DNA from: Octopus vulgaris
Taxonomy: Eukaryota
Direction of reading: 5' to 3'
Length of the DNA stretch: 64,000 nucleotides
Assembly (NCBI GenBank): GCA_951406725.2
Contig: OX597823.1
Coordinates: forward strand, 106,268,001 to 106,332,000
Below the pieces are notes generated by a model. The model was not told the origin of the DNA and did not search any database. It saw only the letters and a list, made by a program, of their open reading frames with translations. The position numbers and the translations under genes are program-made. Below are positions 25,900 to 41,794 of the stretch, piece after piece; the stretch's first letter is position 1; each line of letters opens with the position of its first letter.

Positions 25900-25995
25900 C
25901 TATTTCTAATTTTCGCGCAAGTCCAGCAATCTTGAGGTGGGGGAACTAGTTGATTTCTTCGTCCTCAGTACTATATTGCTACTTTATCGAACTCC
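25900..25995 (-). mobile_element. SINE group B, 3' fragment
   Basis: tttctaattttcgcgcaagtccagcaat...cagtact...tactttatcgaactccaaag. Confidence 0.55.
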
Positions 25996-26691
25996 AAAGC
26001 ATGATACACACCACTCACATGCGCGCGCACAAACACATACACACACACACATACATACACACATACACACACAGACATACACACACTCTTTCTCTCTCTC
26101 ACACATACACACAGATAAACGTCCATATTTATATGTGTGCTTTCTGTGAATTCATGCGTGTGTGTGTGTGCATGTATATAACACATACAAACATACATGC
26201 ATAAATACATACATACTTAGAAACATACATACATACATACATATATACATACACACATACATACATACATACATACATACATACATACATACATACATAC
26301 ATACATACATCTCTGTATGCCTGATGGGCTCACTTATCGATTTCAAAGCATTAGCAGTCAATGCTTTGATCAACTGCAACTAGCGTTGAACTGCCTGACT
26401 ATTTCGCAATCAGGTGGTCCCTTAAGGTAATTCTTAAATAAAATCAGGGAGGGTCCTAGAACTTTGAACAACTGTGACAGTCCACCTGAGGTGCTTCTGC
26501 ATAGTTCCCATCTGCATTAGGTTCAGTTCTAGCCAACGACATAGTAAAGGAAACTTGAGATGACTGTAGTGGGATTGAACCTGGTTCTTCATGCATGCGA
26601 TGAGAAATTCCGAATTATTCATTCATGCTAGGGAGTAAACACACACACACACGAACACAATTACACAATCATATGTGTGTGTGCGTGTGTG

Positions 26692-26723
<32 letters not shown>

Positions 26724-27096
26724 TGTGTGTGTGTAGACACGCACGCGCAGAAGTAAATATGAATTCTGAATTATTTTTACACAATATAAATACTATATAT
26801 GTGTGTGCGTGTGCGTGTGTGTTTGTGTTGTATATTTATATTTATAATATATGTGTGTATATTTAGGAAGAGAGGGAGAGAGGCAAAGGCATACATACTC
26901 ACACACACGCACAGACGTTCATATCGAATCAACATTCTTTCAAATATATTTTATGTTTATCTTGGACTGGTTTTCATTTGTAAGTACTCACTGCATCCGC
27001 TATATGTATGTATGTATGTATGTATAGATGGAGGGATGGGTGGCTGGATGTATGAATGAACGAATGAATATCCATATACAGATATATACATTTATG

Positions 27097-27200
<104 letters not shown>

Positions 27201-27207
27201 TATATAC

Positions 27208-27256
<49 letters not shown>

Positions 27257-28184
27257 TGTGTGATGATATATATGTGTGTATGGGTGTATGTGTGCGTGTT
27301 TGTGTGTGTGTGTATACACACACATATGATCGTTAATTTATGAATTTAAGCAGAGTCATAAAACCAGGTACATATAGATATGTATGCATGCATAAAAAAT
27401 ATACAGATATATAAATATGCGTGCTGGTGTGCATGTATGTGTGTGTGAGAGAGATAGACTAGGTGTTTGTATAAATGTATACATGTGTGTGTATGTGTGT
27501 GTCCATATCTTTGTTTCTATCTGGAGAATAGCAGTAGTGAATACTGGAAGCACCCGCCCATCGCCCACCCTCTTTCATAATTATCTTTGCTAAACACATT
27601 TATTGCCATGCATTTTATATAGTACGTCTCCTACACCCAGCCAAACGAGGGTACGGCCTCCAATTAATTTGTAAACGCCCTGTTTATACAGGTGTCAATA
27701 CAACGAATTCCCTCACACTCATTATACATACAATTCCAGCGCTGTTTTGTGTCATTGCTTCTAAAACAGCAGAACTTATGACTTCCAACCGTTTCCAACC
27801 GTTTCCACACTTTAAAAATTTTCTCTTTGATATCACGGTAAATCATTTAAAAACTTTTGGCTTTATTTACGTTTGAAAGAGTGCAAAAGCTAGTCAGGCG
27901 AACTCGGTTTCACCTACGCATTAATAAACATGGGCTCATAGCTTGTACTAACACTCATAAACGATTAGTTCCACGCATATACCCAAACAATATGCTTACA
28001 CATACACGCTATAATAAGTACATACTTACGTTGAAAGCCACAAGCAGACAAGCAAATATATACTTATAATATTGTATGCTAGTGTGCTTATATGTATGTA
28101 TGTTTATATGTATGCATGTTTGTATGTATGTCTATATATGTGTGTATGTGTGTGTGTCTTAATGCTCAAAAACATAATCGTGTG

Positions 28185-28220
<36 letters not shown>

Positions 28221-28252
28221 CATACACAAACAAATATATACGGGCATTTATG

Positions 28253-28302
<50 letters not shown>

Positions 28303-28924
28303 CAGGCATATATGTGTATGCATGTATAAATAAGTGTCTATATATATGGATACATGAATACAAACACAGAGAGAGAGAGAGAGAGAGGCACACTGCGTAC
28401 ATTCATTCATCTCTATATATGCATCTGTGTGTGTTTGTATACGCATATGTTTCTCAGTCTATGATGGCGTAAATTAGTTTTAACGAATTCGTCTTCAGTA
28501 TTGATCTCACTGAGGGGAGAACAACAAACATCATTAAACGTTAGACAGTACAATAGACAATACGATTGATAATTGCTTGCGATATTAATCTCTTGCAGAC
28601 GGTGCTCCAGCATGGTTGTATTACAGTAAACAGAAACAGTAGAATGAAATCAATTTATCTGTGTGTGTGTTGGCGGGGGGGAGTGTATCTTATATGTTTT
28701 ATCTTTTATTTGTGTCAGTCACTGGACGGCGACGAATGGTTAAGAAGTTTGGTTCGCAATTATGAACTAAAGGTTCCGATTCCGTTGTGTGGCATGTTCA
28801 GAAGCTTCTTTTCGACTTAGCATTGTGTGTCAAACTAGGCAGAGGAAGAATGCATGGAAAGCTGTTTGAGGGGTTGAATCAGAATTTAAAGGTACAGCCT
28901 TAACATAGATTGTCACAATAATTC

Positions 28925-29025
28925 CAACTGAGAATTACATTAAGGACGCATGCATCTGCGGGATACTCAACCACAATCCAGGTAATTCAATAAGTCTAGC
29001 AATTTAGTTGATCTAACGACTGAAC
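28925..29025 (+). mobile_element. SINE group C tail, decayed
   Basis: gagaattacattaaggacgcatgcatctgcgggatactcaaccac resembles gagaactacgttaagggtgcacgtgtctgtggagtgctcagccac. Confidence 0.55.
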
Positions 29026-29420
29026 AAGAATGGTTGGATATTTAGAGCGAGATCCATCTATTATAAATATATTGGTAGTGATTTCGATTCTTAAATCAGA
29101 AGAAGCATTTTTGTCCTTGTACAAGACTCTTCCTTTCACATCGTTCCAGTCTCTACTTCACTCTCTCCTAATCTCTCTCTCCCTCTCTCCCTCTCTGCCC
29201 CCTCGCTCTCTCCATCTGTCATGTCCTTCATACTCCGATGGATCAATGCTAGTGGGGTAAAGAGCGTAACTATGTCTGCTGGCGAATTCATAAACACGTA
29301 AAACATCAATCAAAATCGGGATGTCCTACGTCATACCTGCGATTGTCAGCCGTGTGTCATACGGATTTAAGCATATGTATATATGTATATATGCAAATGT
29401 ATATATGTATGTGTGTATGC

Positions 29421-29518
<98 letters not shown>

Positions 29519-29525
29519 CTATCTA

Positions 29526-29733
29526 TTTTTCTTTTTTTCTTTTTTTCCCTTTTTTAAATTTTATTTTTTGTTCTTTTTTTCCCTTTTACGATCCCTTTTG
29601 ATCGAAAACCTACGCCACCTTCTTTTTGTTTCTTTTGTTTTTTTGTTTTTAGTTTTTTTCATCCCCCAAAAGAAAAGCTCTACCTTGTAACTTGTCCCAT
29701 CTGTGTGCAGCCCTGTGTGGCCAATAAAGAAAC
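29526..29733 (+). mobile_element. Tx1-like LINE 3' UTR fragment in (TATC)n, copy 1
   Basis: ttttacgatccctttt...ccccaaaagaaaagctctaccttgtaa...ctgtgtgcagccctgtgtggccAATAAAgaaac, homologous to about 30495-30608. Confidence 0.85.
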
Positions 29734-29771
29734 GTATTTATCTATCTATTTATATATCTATCTATCTATCA

Positions 29772-29833
<62 letters not shown>

Positions 29834-30608
29834 AACCGCTCTGCACGCAATCGTGCAGTGTCCAGTAATTTCCGACCTGTGGGCTTATGTCGAACGACTG
29901 CTGTCACGTGTGGGACGTGTCGGTTTATCAGCCGAGTCTATCGTTAATATCGTCACGCCTCCTTCCTTCAAACGGGAAGGAAAAGCTATTTTTATCATAC
30001 TTGTGGCTATGGCGAAATAATGTATCTGGTGGACGCGCCTGAAAGGATTAGAGACAAACACTTTCCTTTCTGGTCAATCTCTCATCAACTTCTTCAAGTA
30101 TCACTTGAAGAGGAAAGTGAGAGTAGAGAGGCAAGTTTTGTCTAGTGAATGTTTTAAAAAAAGATGGGTGAATGTAGCAAGGATGGCACGTATGAATGAC
30201 GAGGCCACCTTGACTATGATTCTATGAACCGTAAAAATTAATACAGAGAGTTGCTTATTTGCAAAAAAAAAAAGAAAGAAAGATAACATGTGACTTCATT
30301 GACCGAGGTTACCGTGTTCTTTTCCGTAGGCTTTTCCTTCCACGGGTAAACCTCACCTGTCCTCCCCTTTACACTTCATATTGACATTTCTGTGATTACG
30401 ATCCCTATTGATCGACTTGTTTTTCCTCTCCCCTTTTTTTCCCCTCTCCCCACCTTTTTAAAAATCCTCCCCTTTTTTTTGTCCTCTTTCTTTCCTTTTA
30501 CGATCCCTTTTGATCGAAAACCAACCACCTTTTTTTATCCCCAAAAGAAAAGCTCTACCTTGTAATTTGTTCTGTCGGTGTGAAGCCCTGTGTGGCTAAT
30601 AAAGAAAC
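29834..30608 (+). mobile_element. L1/Tx1-clade LINE, 5'-truncated (ORF2 C-terminus plus 3' UTR) in (TATC)n, copy 2
   Basis: Frame 29835-30227: TALHAIVQCPVISDLWAYVERLL...LVAMAK*CIWWTRLKG...FFKYHLKRKVRVERQVLSSECFKKRWVNV...; (E)TxxHxxxxC zinc-knuckle tail and AKxxIWxxR are typical of the L1/Tx1 ORF2 end; one internal stop at 30018-30020. Confidence 0.88.
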
Positions 30609-30609
30609 A

Positions 30610-30659
<50 letters not shown>

Positions 30660-30712
30660 GCAATCTATCTATCTATCTATCTGTCTATCTGTCTATCTCC
30701 CAATATATATAT

Positions 30713-30791
<79 letters not shown>

Positions 30792-31112
30792 TATATAAGT
30801 ATGAATGAAAAGCGTGTGTACGTGCGACAGTTGATAAGACATATTACAAACATGAAAAGCGCGGCGCATACATAAACACGTGTTTAGATACGATTTGCGC
30901 TGTTTCCAGTCACTCCCTCACTCTATCTCTCTCACTTTATATACATGTATGTGTGTTTATATGTGTATGTATATATATGTGCGCATGTGTGCGTGTATAA
31001 ATGCATATATATATATATATATACACACGTACACACACACATATATATATATATACGTATATATATTTATAATAATTCGAGTGTGTATATATATACACAT
31101 CTCTATATATAC

Positions 31113-31174
<62 letters not shown>

Positions 31175-31294
31175 ATGTATATGTATAAACTAAATATAAA
31201 CATATCCATTTATCTGTCTAACTATCTATCTATCTATACATATATATACATACATATACATGCGTATACACACACATACACACACATATGTATA

Positions 31295-31500
31295 TGTTGT
31301 GTCTGTGTTTGTCTCTACCATCGCTTGAATACCGATGTTGGTGGGTTTACATCCCCGTAACTTAGCAGTTCGGCAAAAGAGACCGATAGAATAAGTACAA
31401 GGCTAACAAAGAATAAGTCCTAGGTTGGATTTGTTCGACTAAATGCGATACTCCTGCATGGCCGCAGTCAAATGACAGAAACAGGTAAAAGAATAAAAGA
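31295..31500 (+). mobile_element. SINE group A, 3' half
   Basis: ccatcgcttgaataccgatgttgg...cggcaaaagagaccgatagaataagtac...ggccgcagtcaaatgacagaaacagg. Confidence 0.88.
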
Positions 31501-31657
31501 ATATACATATATATATATACATATATACTTAAAGACACACACATATATATATATAGATTAACCTACAGTCGTATATATCAACCTTAACCGTCCTCTAAGT
31601 ATATCTATGTATCCCTATCTATATACATTTCAAAATGTCAGTGCAACTCTGTTTCTT

Positions 31658-31694
<37 letters not shown>

Positions 31695-32071
31695 TACTTT
31701 CTCTCTCTCTTACTCTCTCTACCTCTGTCTCTCTAAATATATCGTGTATGCACCTGTGTGTTTGTGCATTCGCTCATATGTGCATACGTACATCAAGCAT
31801 TTAGACATGAATATACACACATAAGTATATACTTATATATAAATACACACACACACACACACATATGTATAATTAACTATATTGTTTACAAATATTATAT
31901 ATGTATATATATATTTATATAGATATGTATATGTTTATATATATAAATATATATATGCATACATATGTGTATGTATATGTGTGTGCGTGGGTCTATGTGA
32001 GTGCATATGGCTACATATATATATATGTATATATATATGTGTGTATGTATGTATATATATATATATATATT

Positions 32072-32125
<54 letters not shown>

Positions 32126-32246
32126 TGGGGATTATCTCAGTATACAATATCACATAAAAAACCCTTAATCCAAGGCAGAATGGAAGGGATACGAAGTTCA
32201 AATCCTATCAGCTTCTCAATTTTATACATATGTATGTCTGTGTGTT

Positions 32247-32296
<50 letters not shown>

Positions 32297-32301
32297 TATA
32301 C

Positions 32302-32842
<541 letters not shown>

Positions 32843-32902
32843 TCATATATATGTGCGTGTTTAATTGTATATATAATTGTATATCTATATCTATATCTAT
32901 AA

Positions 32903-32988
<86 letters not shown>

Positions 32989-33537
32989 CTACATGGAAAT
33001 TTCATAGTTTTATATCATGTGTTGTTTATATACACACCACACCATCTAATATTTGTCTATATGCATGTGCGGGTGTGTATATGCATTAACAGTCCCAAGA
33101 ACTTCAATAAATATTGGGATTTCTTAGAGTGGTATCTAATTATTTCAGCCTATGCCAACATCCAATCATCCGTACAGTACACTTTCACCTCAAACTAGCT
33201 TGTCATCTTCTTTCCTACTTCCTCTTCACTCATGCTATGCATGTAGCCCTGATCATATACATATTTTTGCGTGCATGTACATATATATGTATGTGTGTAT
33301 GTGTGTGTATGTGTGTGCGTGTGTGAGTGTGTGTGTGTGTATCAATATATATATATATATACTTTTTACATGATTGCTTGAATGTATATGATACACACAT
33401 ATATGTATTACGTACAAACACACACACACACCTCGTACATTAATATGCGTATATAAATATGTACACAAGCAGCGTATAAATGTAATTTTACTTAATACGC
33501 ACATAACACATATGTGTATAATTCTATCCTTGTATAC

Positions 33538-33815
<278 letters not shown>

Positions 33816-34315
33816 CATGGTAGCACCATTTACATAAGTAAATATATTTCAACATCCGTACATTAGGTCAATTTATTAAAACCTAGATTTCAGTCTGTTG
33901 CGAAGGAAACACCTAAATAAATATTATTTAACTGTGTGTCAGTATATGTATGTACGTATTTACGTATAAATGTATAATATACGTATGTCGTATGTGCGTA
34001 TGGATGTGTATGGTGTATCTACTTATATATAAAAACATATATGTATGATGTATGTATGTATTTATTTATATATGTATGTATGTGTTTATGTATGAATCTG
34101 TCTTTATGTGTGTATCTATGTGTGTATATATGTATCATGTACATGTCTAGGTGTGTAGTTTTCCGTGTGTCTGTATGTATATAAGTGTAGGTGTATTTAA
34201 GTTCATACTTTTGTATATTAGTATATGCATGTAAATCTGTGCATGTATGTGTTAGTGTGTGAGAATTGTACGTATAAGTGTATTCATTACACACACACAC
34301 AAACACACACACACA

Positions 34316-34362
<47 letters not shown>

Positions 34363-34919
34363 ATACACACACACATGTTTACGTAGATGTAGAGGTCACA
34401 GTGGGGCGTGTAATTGTGCTTGTGTGTGCGCATGTGTTATTGTGTGTTAGTGCTTTGTGTGTGTGGTTCAATCCAGGCATGACTGAGTGGTCGAAATCTT
34501 CTCCTGAGAATTACGTAGTTCCGGGTTTGATCTCAGTTTCTCCATCTAGTAACTTATGGTAAAAGAAATTATGTGCTGGACAAGCATTTTCCTTTACGGT
34601 GGCGCCCGCGTCACCTTTTCCACGTTCTATTTGGAGAATAAATTGAGAGGGGACCTAGTGTTCTTGTCGTCGGGTGAATTTGTCAAAAGACGGGCAAATT
34701 AGGCAAAAATTCTTAGAGTGAGGTTCTGTAATTTAAGTGTACACCTGTAAAACGAAAAATTAAATTTGGAAAGGGAACAGCGTGAGATTAGACCTTATTG
34801 GCCCCAGTTTGTGGCTTCCATATCAGGGGGTCATACACTCCCATACTTGTTATACTATATACACTTTTCATCCCATTTCACTCTCTCATAATGTAGTCTC
34901 AAATAAAATATTATTATTA

Positions 34920-34966
<47 letters not shown>

Positions 34967-34967
34967 A

Positions 34968-36670
34968 AGTTAAGCTGGCAGAAGCGTTAGCGTTCCGGGC
35001 GAAATGCTTTGCGGCATTTCGTCCGTCCTTACGTTCTGAGCTCAAATTCCACCGCGGTCGACTTTGCCTTTATCCTTTCGGTGCCAATAAATTAAGTACT
35101 AGTTGAACAATGGCGTCGATGTAATCGACTTATCTCCCCCCCCCGCACATTACTGCCTTTGCGACAAAATTTGAAACCTTGCTTTTTATTATTATCATTA
35201 AGGTGAGCTGGCAGAATCGTTAGCACGCCAGCTATATGCTTAGTGGCATTTTTTTCCCTCTTTACGTTCTGAGTTCAAATTCTGCCGACGTCGACTTTTC
35301 CCTTCATCCATTTGGGGTCGATAAATTTCCCTTCATCCATTTGATGTCGATTTTATTGTCTTATCTCGTCCCGCCAAATTTGAGGCCTTGTGTCATTAGC
35401 ATTAGTGGGAAGGATTAGTATTATGATTACCTCCAAGGCGAGCTGTCACAATCATTAGCTCTTCAGACAAAATACTTAACGTTCTTAGTTAAAATTAGTT
35501 AAGGGGAGAAACCTCGATCAGTTGAGTGCATCGAAGTGTTTTGTAGACAAAATCTCCCTCTACATATATTAAGAGCACAGAAAGCGTCAAGCAAGGGAGA
35601 CTACACAAATATAATCGGTTGTTCGAAAGGTTTGGACAATTAAGAGAAAATGAGGTTTCGAATGGAAAAACTCTTTATAGCCAATTAATATTTGTTTCAT
35701 CGTCAAGGCGGAGCGCAGACAAGAGTTAACGCGACGGACAAAGTGTTTAGTGGCATTTCTTCCAACTTTAAGTACTAAGTTCAAATTTCGCCGGGTTCGA
35801 CTTTGCCTTTCAGCTATCGGTGTGGATAAAAACAGGTACCAGTTGAGCATGTACCATGTAATCGACTGCCCCCGGAATTTGAAACCAATATTTTACTTCA
35901 GTATTGGGATGGCGAGTTGGCAGAATTGTGGGAACGTCGGTGAGGCGGGGAAGATACTTACCAGAACTCTTTAAGTTCAGAGTTCAAATACCACCGATGT
36001 CAACTTCGTCTTTTCATCTCTTCCAGAGTCGATAAAATAAGGTACTGGAAATGGATGGTATCGGCCATATCCGTGCCCCCAAAATGTTGTCCTTTTACCA
36101 AAATTTGAAAAAATATCTTTTTCATCTTTCTCATAAGATTTGAGACAAAATGGAAATTAGTCTAAAGGAAAGATTGCCCAGTCGGTTTCGATTACTGCAG
36201 ATTATTTCTTGTTTAATATACCGTTGGAAAAAAATTGTTGTTGTTGTTTATTAGGTGGAAAACTGGCATAGACTTTAAAGTTTGTACATAAAACAATATT
36301 AAAAATATACGAATATGGAGTAAAAAAACCCCAAACAAACAAGCAGTGTATGTTTAGTTGGTGATCAGGAAAATTAGAAGAAATCTTTAACGTTTGGATA
36401 GGAATAATGTGGAGAGAGAAAAAAATCGAGAGAAAAGAACAAATGTGTCTTAGTTAGACGGTCAGCGCACGCTGACTGTGAAAGAAGTGTATAAAATGTC
36501 TTGCAGTATCTGTTCGGACTGTTTTCGCTCTGAGTTCAAATCCCACCGAGACCTGCTTTGCTTCTCTTCATTTCGGGATTGTTAAAATTTACCAATACAG
36601 GGAGGAGGATTTTTCGAAACTAATGTGTACCTTGTAGTATTTATTCTGAGTTCAAATCCCACCACTAGTG
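34968..36670 (+). mobile_element. Cluster of co-oriented SINE group B copies (about 34968-35180, 35199-35395, 35706-35892, 35908-36112, 36480-36600, plus stubs)
   Basis: Repeated (g)agctggcagaa.cgttagc head, ttctgagttcaaat B-box region and cctttcatcc...gataaa core. Confidence 0.85.
36300..36470 (-). mobile_element. Decayed Penelope-like fragment of the 2985-3145 / 6275-6490 type
   Basis: aaacaagcagtgtatgtttagttggtgatcaggaaaa...tctttaacgttt. Confidence 0.4.
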
Positions 36671-37681
36671 GTAGACTTACTCTGTCACCCGATTTAATAC
36701 CATCACCTTGCACCTCTGTTACAAACACTCGGATTAATTCTCCCTTTTGTGAGTACCTACCTTCTTATCATCTGTTCTGAAGGTCCGATAAATATCCATG
36801 GGTAATACCTTGCCTCCAGACTATAAAATTTTAACAAAACATAATCATTTTATGAAACTGACAAGAAAAATAAAAAACAAAATTGATTCCATCGGAATAT
36901 GAACTGAACACATAAAAGGTGGCCACCACCATCAAACAAGTTAAAGTGTTTTTCCGCTGCTTTAATACTTCCGCTACTCGACATCCCCTGTCTAATATTA
37001 ATTCGTAACACAGGCAACAGGCCACCATTTTTGAGAGAGCTTTTAGCTAATTAAAGTGATCCCAGCCTCTGATTGTTACATTAATTTATCGAGTTACAAA
37101 GCCTGGGGGAATTTAAAGATGGAGCTGACCTAAGCAGGAATTGAACCCAGAATATAATGAGCCGTACTTAAATACCACAACTTATTCTTGATAAAAGGAA
37201 AAAAAAAAGACTTTTGTTACCGAGTTTTATACTTCCCCTCTTGTATTTCATTCATCCATCTTTCTATTATTTTTTTCTCGTTCGTTTTTATTTTTAGTTT
37301 TCATTTTTTCGTAAATGCGTTAATAACTTTTCTTCTTTTTTGCGTCTGTTTCCTTCTTTTACCTACACCATTCCTCGTCATTATCTTTCTTCCTGCATTA
37401 CTTTATATTTCTTTCAATCGTTCATTCTTTCTTTCAGTATAACATTCATAAATCCGTCATCGTTGTTTATTCAATATACAATAACCACTAATCTCCCATC
37501 ATTCACACCACTCATTCAAATTTTCTTTCAGTCTTCTTCTTATTCATCTCCTTCTTTTCATCCTTTCTTTCTTCTTATTTTGTTTTTTCTTCCTCTGTAA
37601 GTTTTCTTTTATTTTTTTCTCTGATATTTTCTTTATCTCATGACAACGTTCTCACCATCTTTACCACGAGTACCTTCACTC

Positions 37682-37758
37682 TCTTCTTCTTCTTCTTCTT
37701 CTTCTTCTTCTTCTTCTTCTTCTTCTTCTTCTTCTTCTTCTTCTTCTTCTTCTTCTTC
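37682..37758. repeat. (TCT)n microsatellite
   Basis: Direct reading. Confidence 0.97.
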
Positions 37759-38022
37759 GCTTGCCGAACTATTAAAAAAAAATATTGCAGGTGAAAGATG
37801 CCAACTAACGCAAGTGATAATATTCTTTTTGCTCTTTAAAATAGATATTAAGTTAATTATTTCATATATTTAAAATATATCCTATCTCTCTTATTTATTC
37901 ATTTGTTTATTTATCATCTAACGATCGATCTGTCTGTCTATTAACTATTTAGCTACATGCCAATATATCTATGTTTCTACCTCTCTCTCTCGCTCTCTCT
38001 CTCTCTCTCTATCTATCTATAG

Positions 38023-38073
<51 letters not shown>

Positions 38074-38106
38074 CTGTGTGCAGCCCTGTGTGGCTAATAA
38101 AGAAAC
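38074..38106 (+). mobile_element. 33-bp 3'-terminal stub of the Tx1-like LINE in (TATC)n, copy 3
   Basis: (tatc)n-ctgtgtgcagccctgtgtggctaataaagaaac-atatctatct, same 3' junction as copies 1 and 2. Confidence 0.88.
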
Positions 38107-38387
38107 ATATCTATCTATCTATCTATCTATCTGTCTGTCTATCTACCTGTGTGTTAGTCTGTCTGTATATAAATATGTGTATGTACGAATGTATGTCAAT
38201 GTGCCACACAACCTAAATAAATAACTGAAGGCCTGCTTCAATATGGGTCTACACAAAAACACACGCGCACACAAACATACACACATACATACATGCATTC
38301 ATACACTCATACATACATACACACACAAACACACACACACACACATATATATATACATATATACATACATACATACATACATACACA

Positions 38388-38545
38388 GGCGCAGGAATGG
38401 GTGTGTGGTAAGTAGCTTGCTTACCAACCACATGGTTTTGGGTTCAGTCCCACAGCGTGGCAACTTGGGCGGATGTTTTCCTGCTATAGCCTCGGGCCGG
38501 TCACAGCCTTATGAGTGGATTTGGTAGACGAAAAGAAGCACTTCG

Positions 38546-38641
<96 letters not shown>

Positions 38642-38835
38642 TGTGTGTCTGTCACCACATCATTGCTTCACAACCGATGCTAGTGTGTTTACGTCCCGGT
38701 AACTTAGCGTTTCGGCAAAAGAGACCGATAGGATAAGTACTAGGCTTACAAAGAATAAGCTTTGTTCGACTAAAGGCAGTGCTCCAGCATGGCCGCAGTC
38801 AAATGACAGAAACAAATAAAAGAGTAAAAGAGAGT
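38388..38835 (+). mobile_element. SINE group A, full length with expanded internal (TA)n(TG)n
   Basis: Colinear with group A. Confidence 0.92.
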
Positions 38836-38948
38836 AATATATATATACACATATATTTATTACACACTATATATATTCATATATATACGTTATATATATA
38901 TGTAGTGTATATATATATATATACACTATATATATTCATATATATGCA

Positions 38949-39028
<80 letters not shown>

Positions 39029-39074
39029 GTGTGTGTATGTATGTATGTATGTATGTATATATATATATATATAT

Positions 39075-39461
39075 TCTTTTATTCTTATATTTGTTTAAGT
39101 CATTTGACTGCGGTCACGCTGGACCACCGCCTTTAATCGAACGGAACTCATTCTTGTAAGCTTAGTACTTATTCTATGGTTCTCTTTTGCTGCACCGTTA
39201 AGTTATGGGAGCGTAAACACTCCAACAACGGTTGTCAAGCGATGGTGGTAGTTGGGGGACAAACACAGATACACAAGCATACACATACACATACATACAC
39301 GCGCGCGCACACACACACACAGACACACACATACATACATATATATACATATATACGACAGGCTTCTTTCAGTTTCCGTCTACCAAATACACTCACAAGG
39401 CTATAATAGATGACATCTGCGCAGTGTATCACACAGTGGGATTGAACCCGGAACCATGTGG
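39075..39461 (-). mobile_element. SINE group A, inverted relative to 38388-38835
   Basis: gtcatttgactgcggtcacgctggaccaccgcc...cagtttccgtctaccaaat...gaacccggaaccatgtgg. Confidence 0.88.
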
Positions 39462-39470
39462 TGAATATTT

Positions 39471-39520
<50 letters not shown>

Positions 39521-40151
39521 TGAGTGTTTGTGTGTGTTCGTGTGTGTGTGTGTGTACAGAAAGAGAAAGTGAGAGAAAAAGAGAGAGAGAGAGAGTGAGG
39601 GAGTATGTATTCACACATTCATAAATTTGTACATGCCTGCTTTTGTTGTTTCTACCCCTGTCTAGGTACCTATACATCGTTCAGCCTATATATTCAGCCG
39701 ATTATAGATTGTCGTTTTTTTCACTCATACTGCCATCTTTTCTGTTATTTGCTCCATATTCCTTGTCCCCCTGTATTGTTTTTTTTATCTTAAATACTTC
39801 GAATTTCACACAATATTCTACAGACCTTATATTCCCTGATTCTGTTTTCCTTTATTCCACACCTGCTTTGGCTTGGATATTTTTGGGATCTTAAGTTATC
39901 CCCCCTCTCTCTCTTTTCCTCCCGCTCTCACACACGTTGTGTGTGTGTGTAAATATGCATATATATATATATATATATGTGTATATATATATATATATAT
40001 ATGCATTCGTGCGTGTGTGTGTGTGTGTGTGTTCAACACAATGCTGACGGCAGCAACCTAGCAGGGATACCAGTAGCCTTATCATGCATCAGTAAGCGTA
40101 CCTGCATACCACCTTACCTTTTGTTACACTCGCTCTATCTGTGCACTGTAT

Positions 40152-40207
<56 letters not shown>

Positions 40208-40387
40208 GCATACCTAGAAAATATACACATACATATACACATGCATACATACATGTATATGTATATATACATACATATATAAATGTATATGCAAACACAC
40301 AGACACATATATACATATGTATATATACATGTATATATACATTTATGTATATCTATATCTATCAATCTATCTATCTATCTATCTATC

Positions 40388-40422
<35 letters not shown>

Positions 40423-40433
40423 TATCAATATAA

Positions 40434-40518
<85 letters not shown>

Positions 40519-40750
40519 CGGACAGGATTTGAACTAATTAAGTAATAAACCGGAAGCCCTAGCACTAACCGCTTTGAGCAATGTTTCCTACCATTCAAAG
40601 TTTGCACAAGTATTGAGTGCTGGTTTAAATATATTTCTTTAATTTTCTATATCAAAAGCAAGTTTTTGCTAATACATATATATATACACGATCAAATAAA
40701 AACCCAATTCACCCCATACATGTTTACATGTGTGTGTCTGTGTGCGTATG

Positions 40751-40810
<60 letters not shown>

Positions 40811-41762
40811 TGTGTGTGTGTAGATCTACGTATACATGTACATGCACACATATGTATACGTACATAATTTTATAAATACATACAAATATACTGAAATTAG
40901 CGCATATTTATAAACGCCGGAAATGGCAAACGGGTAAGCATGCAAACACATTCACACCCACATGCGTATGTATACCTAATTCATACATATATACATACAT
41001 ACATATATATATATACACATATATATATACATGCATTCATATATGTATATATGTATATATACATGCATTCATATATATGTGTATATATGTATATATACAT
41101 GCATTCATATATATGTGTATATATGTGTAGATGTATATATATATATAAATACCTATATATATATATAAATATATATATATACATACATATACATATATAT
41201 CTATTTATGTATATATATATGTGTATATATATATATATATTATTTACACACACACAGATACATACATATAATTTGTATATATATATATATACATGCATGC
41301 ATACATACCTACATACATACACGCACACATACACACACATATGTATATAGAAATGCTTGCATTGCTTTCTTATCGTTACTTACGTAGCTTACTCCTCTGA
41401 GACCAGAATGACCCTCACAACATCTGTCACAAAATTTATATCACAGATTGTGCGTGCCTTTAAGAAATCAATATTTACTAATTGTTTTAAAACATCTAAT
41501 TACATTAGTGGTTTATTTGAGAAAGGAATGAACATCACATCATCTCCTTCCCTCGCCTTTGCCTTCAAAACCATATATCTTATGCTTGCATATTCACAAA
41601 AAATAATCAATATTTTCTAAGATCGTTTTTTTTTTCCTCTTTCCATGCAGTGTCCAGTTCTATTCCGACATTTCTTTAACATAAGTAGCACACATCGCAT
41701 ACAGGCACTATTACATACATTCATATTTGAGTCATCATTATATAAACACACACATTAACACT

Positions 41763-41794
<32 letters not shown>

